64,000 bases of DNA from the human T2T-CHM13v2.0 reference genome, Homo sapiens: assembly GCF_009914755.1 (NCBI RefSeq), contig NC_060926.1; one strand, given 5' to 3'. This document shows positions 61,351 to 64,000 of this stretch, piece after piece. Positions within the stretch are counted from its first letter, which is position 1. Each line of letters begins with the position of its first letter. The position numbers were made by a program, and so were the translations under genes. The notes under the pieces are model-generated. The model saw nothing but the letters and a program-made list of their open reading frames with translations, searched no databases and had not been told where the DNA came from.

Positions 61351-64000
61351 GACTACAGTGTCTACCACAGTGGTGTTTGAGAATTTGGAGGGCTAGGAAG
61401 GTCTTGAGATAGCCTCCTCTAGAATGTCATGGGTCTAGTCATTTATTGTATATTATTTTACATTTGTGTAATTATCAACTGTGTGCTTGATGGGCCATAT
61501 GTTTTTCTGACAGAAGTTTAGTAACTTTAGACCAGAGACTGGTTTTTGCAGTATTTGAAGCAGAAATTAATTTTCTATTTTTGTTACAGTGAGGATAACA
61601 CATAATATTTGTTAAACTTATATTGTAGCAGTTCTCTGCCACACTAAGATGTATTTAATGTTGATAGCTGTAAAACTTATTTAAAGCTTGTAATTATGCT
61701 GTTGGTATTGCATAATGTTATACAGTTATGAATTCTCTAGGTCATTTTTACTATTTTTTATGGCAATTTTTTTAAAATTTAAAGTTGGTTGGCTGTATCT
61801 AGAAATGTTAGGTGTCTCACATTTACTCCCAATAGCCACTATTAAATGTGGATTTTAGGATGGGGAGATATATTACAGAATGTCAATTTAAAAAAAGCTG
61901 TAATGCTTGAAGTACAGTGTTACTGCTGCATCTGCGGTGAGGAATTTGTGGGAATTTGTTTTTTTCCCTCATGTATTCTTTTTCCCATCATCTCAAACAC
62001 ATTTTAAATGTCTGAGAATTGTTTTTTTTTTTGCGCTGCACACATAAAATTAGAGAATACAGTCGAGATATGTTTTCTTTGCATAACTGGCTACCCCTCT
62101 GTCTCCCTTTCCCCTTCCCCCAAACTTACCTACAGATCCACCCCTTTGAATCAATGGCTGCTAACACAAGCATCCCTGCGCAAAAAGGTTTTATGACAGC
62201 AACCCTGGCTACCCTTTGTGGGGCACAGTGAGCGAGAACTAGTCAGCACCACCTTTTACCCCACCTAGTTGCTTTGCAGTACTGGGACCGCCCCGGCTTC
62301 CTACTCTGCCATTTCGTTCATCTTTCGTTCATCTTCCTGGGACTTCTGTCCGTTCCTACCAAAATGCAAATCCAAACCTGTGGGTAGAGGCTGTTGGTGA
62401 CCTGAAACTGCAGCAGATGTTTAATATATCCTTTCTCTGGAAGGAAAAACCGCTTAACTTTGAACCTAAAATTGATTTTAAAAAGATAAGACCATATGTA
62501 ATCACCATTTAAAATCACTATATAAATGACCTTCTCTTTCCCCCACATGTCTTTGAGAAACATAGTACCCCTAATTCTTTGATTTAAGGTGGGCTTTCAA
62601 AACTTAGAAAAAGAACTATAGTAAAAATAATTTAGGTAATCAAGATTCTACGTAACTTTGTTAATTTTCTTTTTTGTGAACGTGCGGGAAAATAGGCCTT
62701 TAGTATCCTTCTGCTTACTTTTCAACTCATTTTAGTATTCAAAGTTTAGAGAACATAGGGAAGAAATTAAGCAATTCAACATGGTTGATCTGGGGGAAGC
62801 CAGCCAGTTCATACTCTGAATCCTTGATTAAGCTGCTCTTTCAAGCAACATTCATGATATTACTGAGGTTTAAACATAGTTTGATGGACAGAGGATTCAT
62901 CTTAACCCTGACCTAAGGAAGCCTTTTATTAGGCTGTTGATTCAGAATAGAAGGTAGATCAGCTGGGGTCCAGATTGAAGAGAGGACAGCCAGTTAAGGG
63001 TTTCAGTAGACAGGTGAGAAATGTTGAGTGCTGCCTATGGTGATGTCTGCATAGCTGGACAGAGGGTCAGGATCAGTAAAAGAGTGAGTCACAGATTGAT
63101 TGGACTAGCCAAAAGGGTGGCCCTGAGAAGGACTCTGAGGGTTCAGCTGGGGAAATGGTGTAAGTAAATAATCTGGCTGGGTCTTCTCTCCAGCATAGTG
63201 TTTCTGCCACTCAGTTTTATGTTTGACGACAGAAATTGTATGATTCCTATAAAGGAAAGATATTGAAGAAGAGTGTCTAGATACTATATATCTTTAAGAA
63301 TTTCTAACTTTTTCCATCGGATTTCAGTGTTATTATGGGCACTGTAATTGCCTATAGTTATTTCAGTATAACTATAGGCACTGTTGAGGATATATAAGAA
63401 GTTGTTCCTTGTCTTTTATGAAGTTGACATTTGACAAGGGAGTGTGTAGTTAAACATAATGCATTCAGCTTAGTCTTGGCAGAGATGCTTCTGGGTTCTT
63501 TGCATTGAATTTTCTAAATCTTTTTTATTGCATTATTTTTTATACCTCATAAAACATATTTTCTATTCAAATTTGAATGTCTTAACACTTACTTTGGTAA
63601 TTTGGTTCTCAGTGGGCTTAGCAATGGGGGCCATCGTATTTTAAGGTTCTACCAAAATTATCTTCAACTCTAGTAGTTCCCAGGATATCACAAGATAATG
63701 GAATTCTATAAAAAGCATTTTTAAATTGTGCATCCCCCAAGGAAACAAGACAGAAGAAGCTACATTTTTGGTTCCCTTATGAGAATGTGAACATAGTCTC
63801 TGGTTACCATGAGGGATAGAGAATTCAGGGGATCCTTCTAGCCCTTGAAGTGTGTACTGGGCTCGAAAGCCACTGTACCTTGGAGAGGAGACATCCTGTA
63901 TCCATTTAAGTAAATATCCTTGTTAGCACATTGGCATTTTCCCCTTAGGATCTTTAGAGTATTGTTACAGGTTTCAGCAAAAATCCAGATGGCCTTCCTG

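Overview
Great-ape (most likely human) subtelomeric euchromatin, not microbial DNA. Exon 60502-60642 encodes the FBXO25 N-terminus ([23 protein letters not shown]...), with a CpG-island promoter and non-coding exon 1 at ~53.8-55.0 kb. This places the window at the 8p23.3 FAM87A/FBXO25 region or a segmental-duplicate copy of it; the locus assignment is from recall, not a search. The upstream 53 kb is non-coding: a ~5.7 kb old L1 with a nested L1PA insertion, five clear solo LTRs, six Alus, an SVA, L2/MIR remnants, about eight minisatellites and about ten 2-3 copy tandem duplications. All long ORFs in the track are repeat artefacts or GC-rich chance ORFs. I found no convincing new protein-coding system. 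The most notable observations are: (1) a CpG-rich 38-bp minisatellite grown from the L1 endonuclease coding sequence inside a locally GC-shifted zone; (2) a two-base change giving Asn at the conserved GWKR arginine of FBXO25; (3) an Alu-SVA fusion under one target-site duplication (TSD) with a 2-unit VNTR; (4) an FBXO25 exon-1 splice donor that is one unit of a ~29-bp repeat array; (5) several arrays whose units are hairpins. Repeat subfamily names are from remembered consensus sequences and need RepeatMasker/Dfam confirmation.
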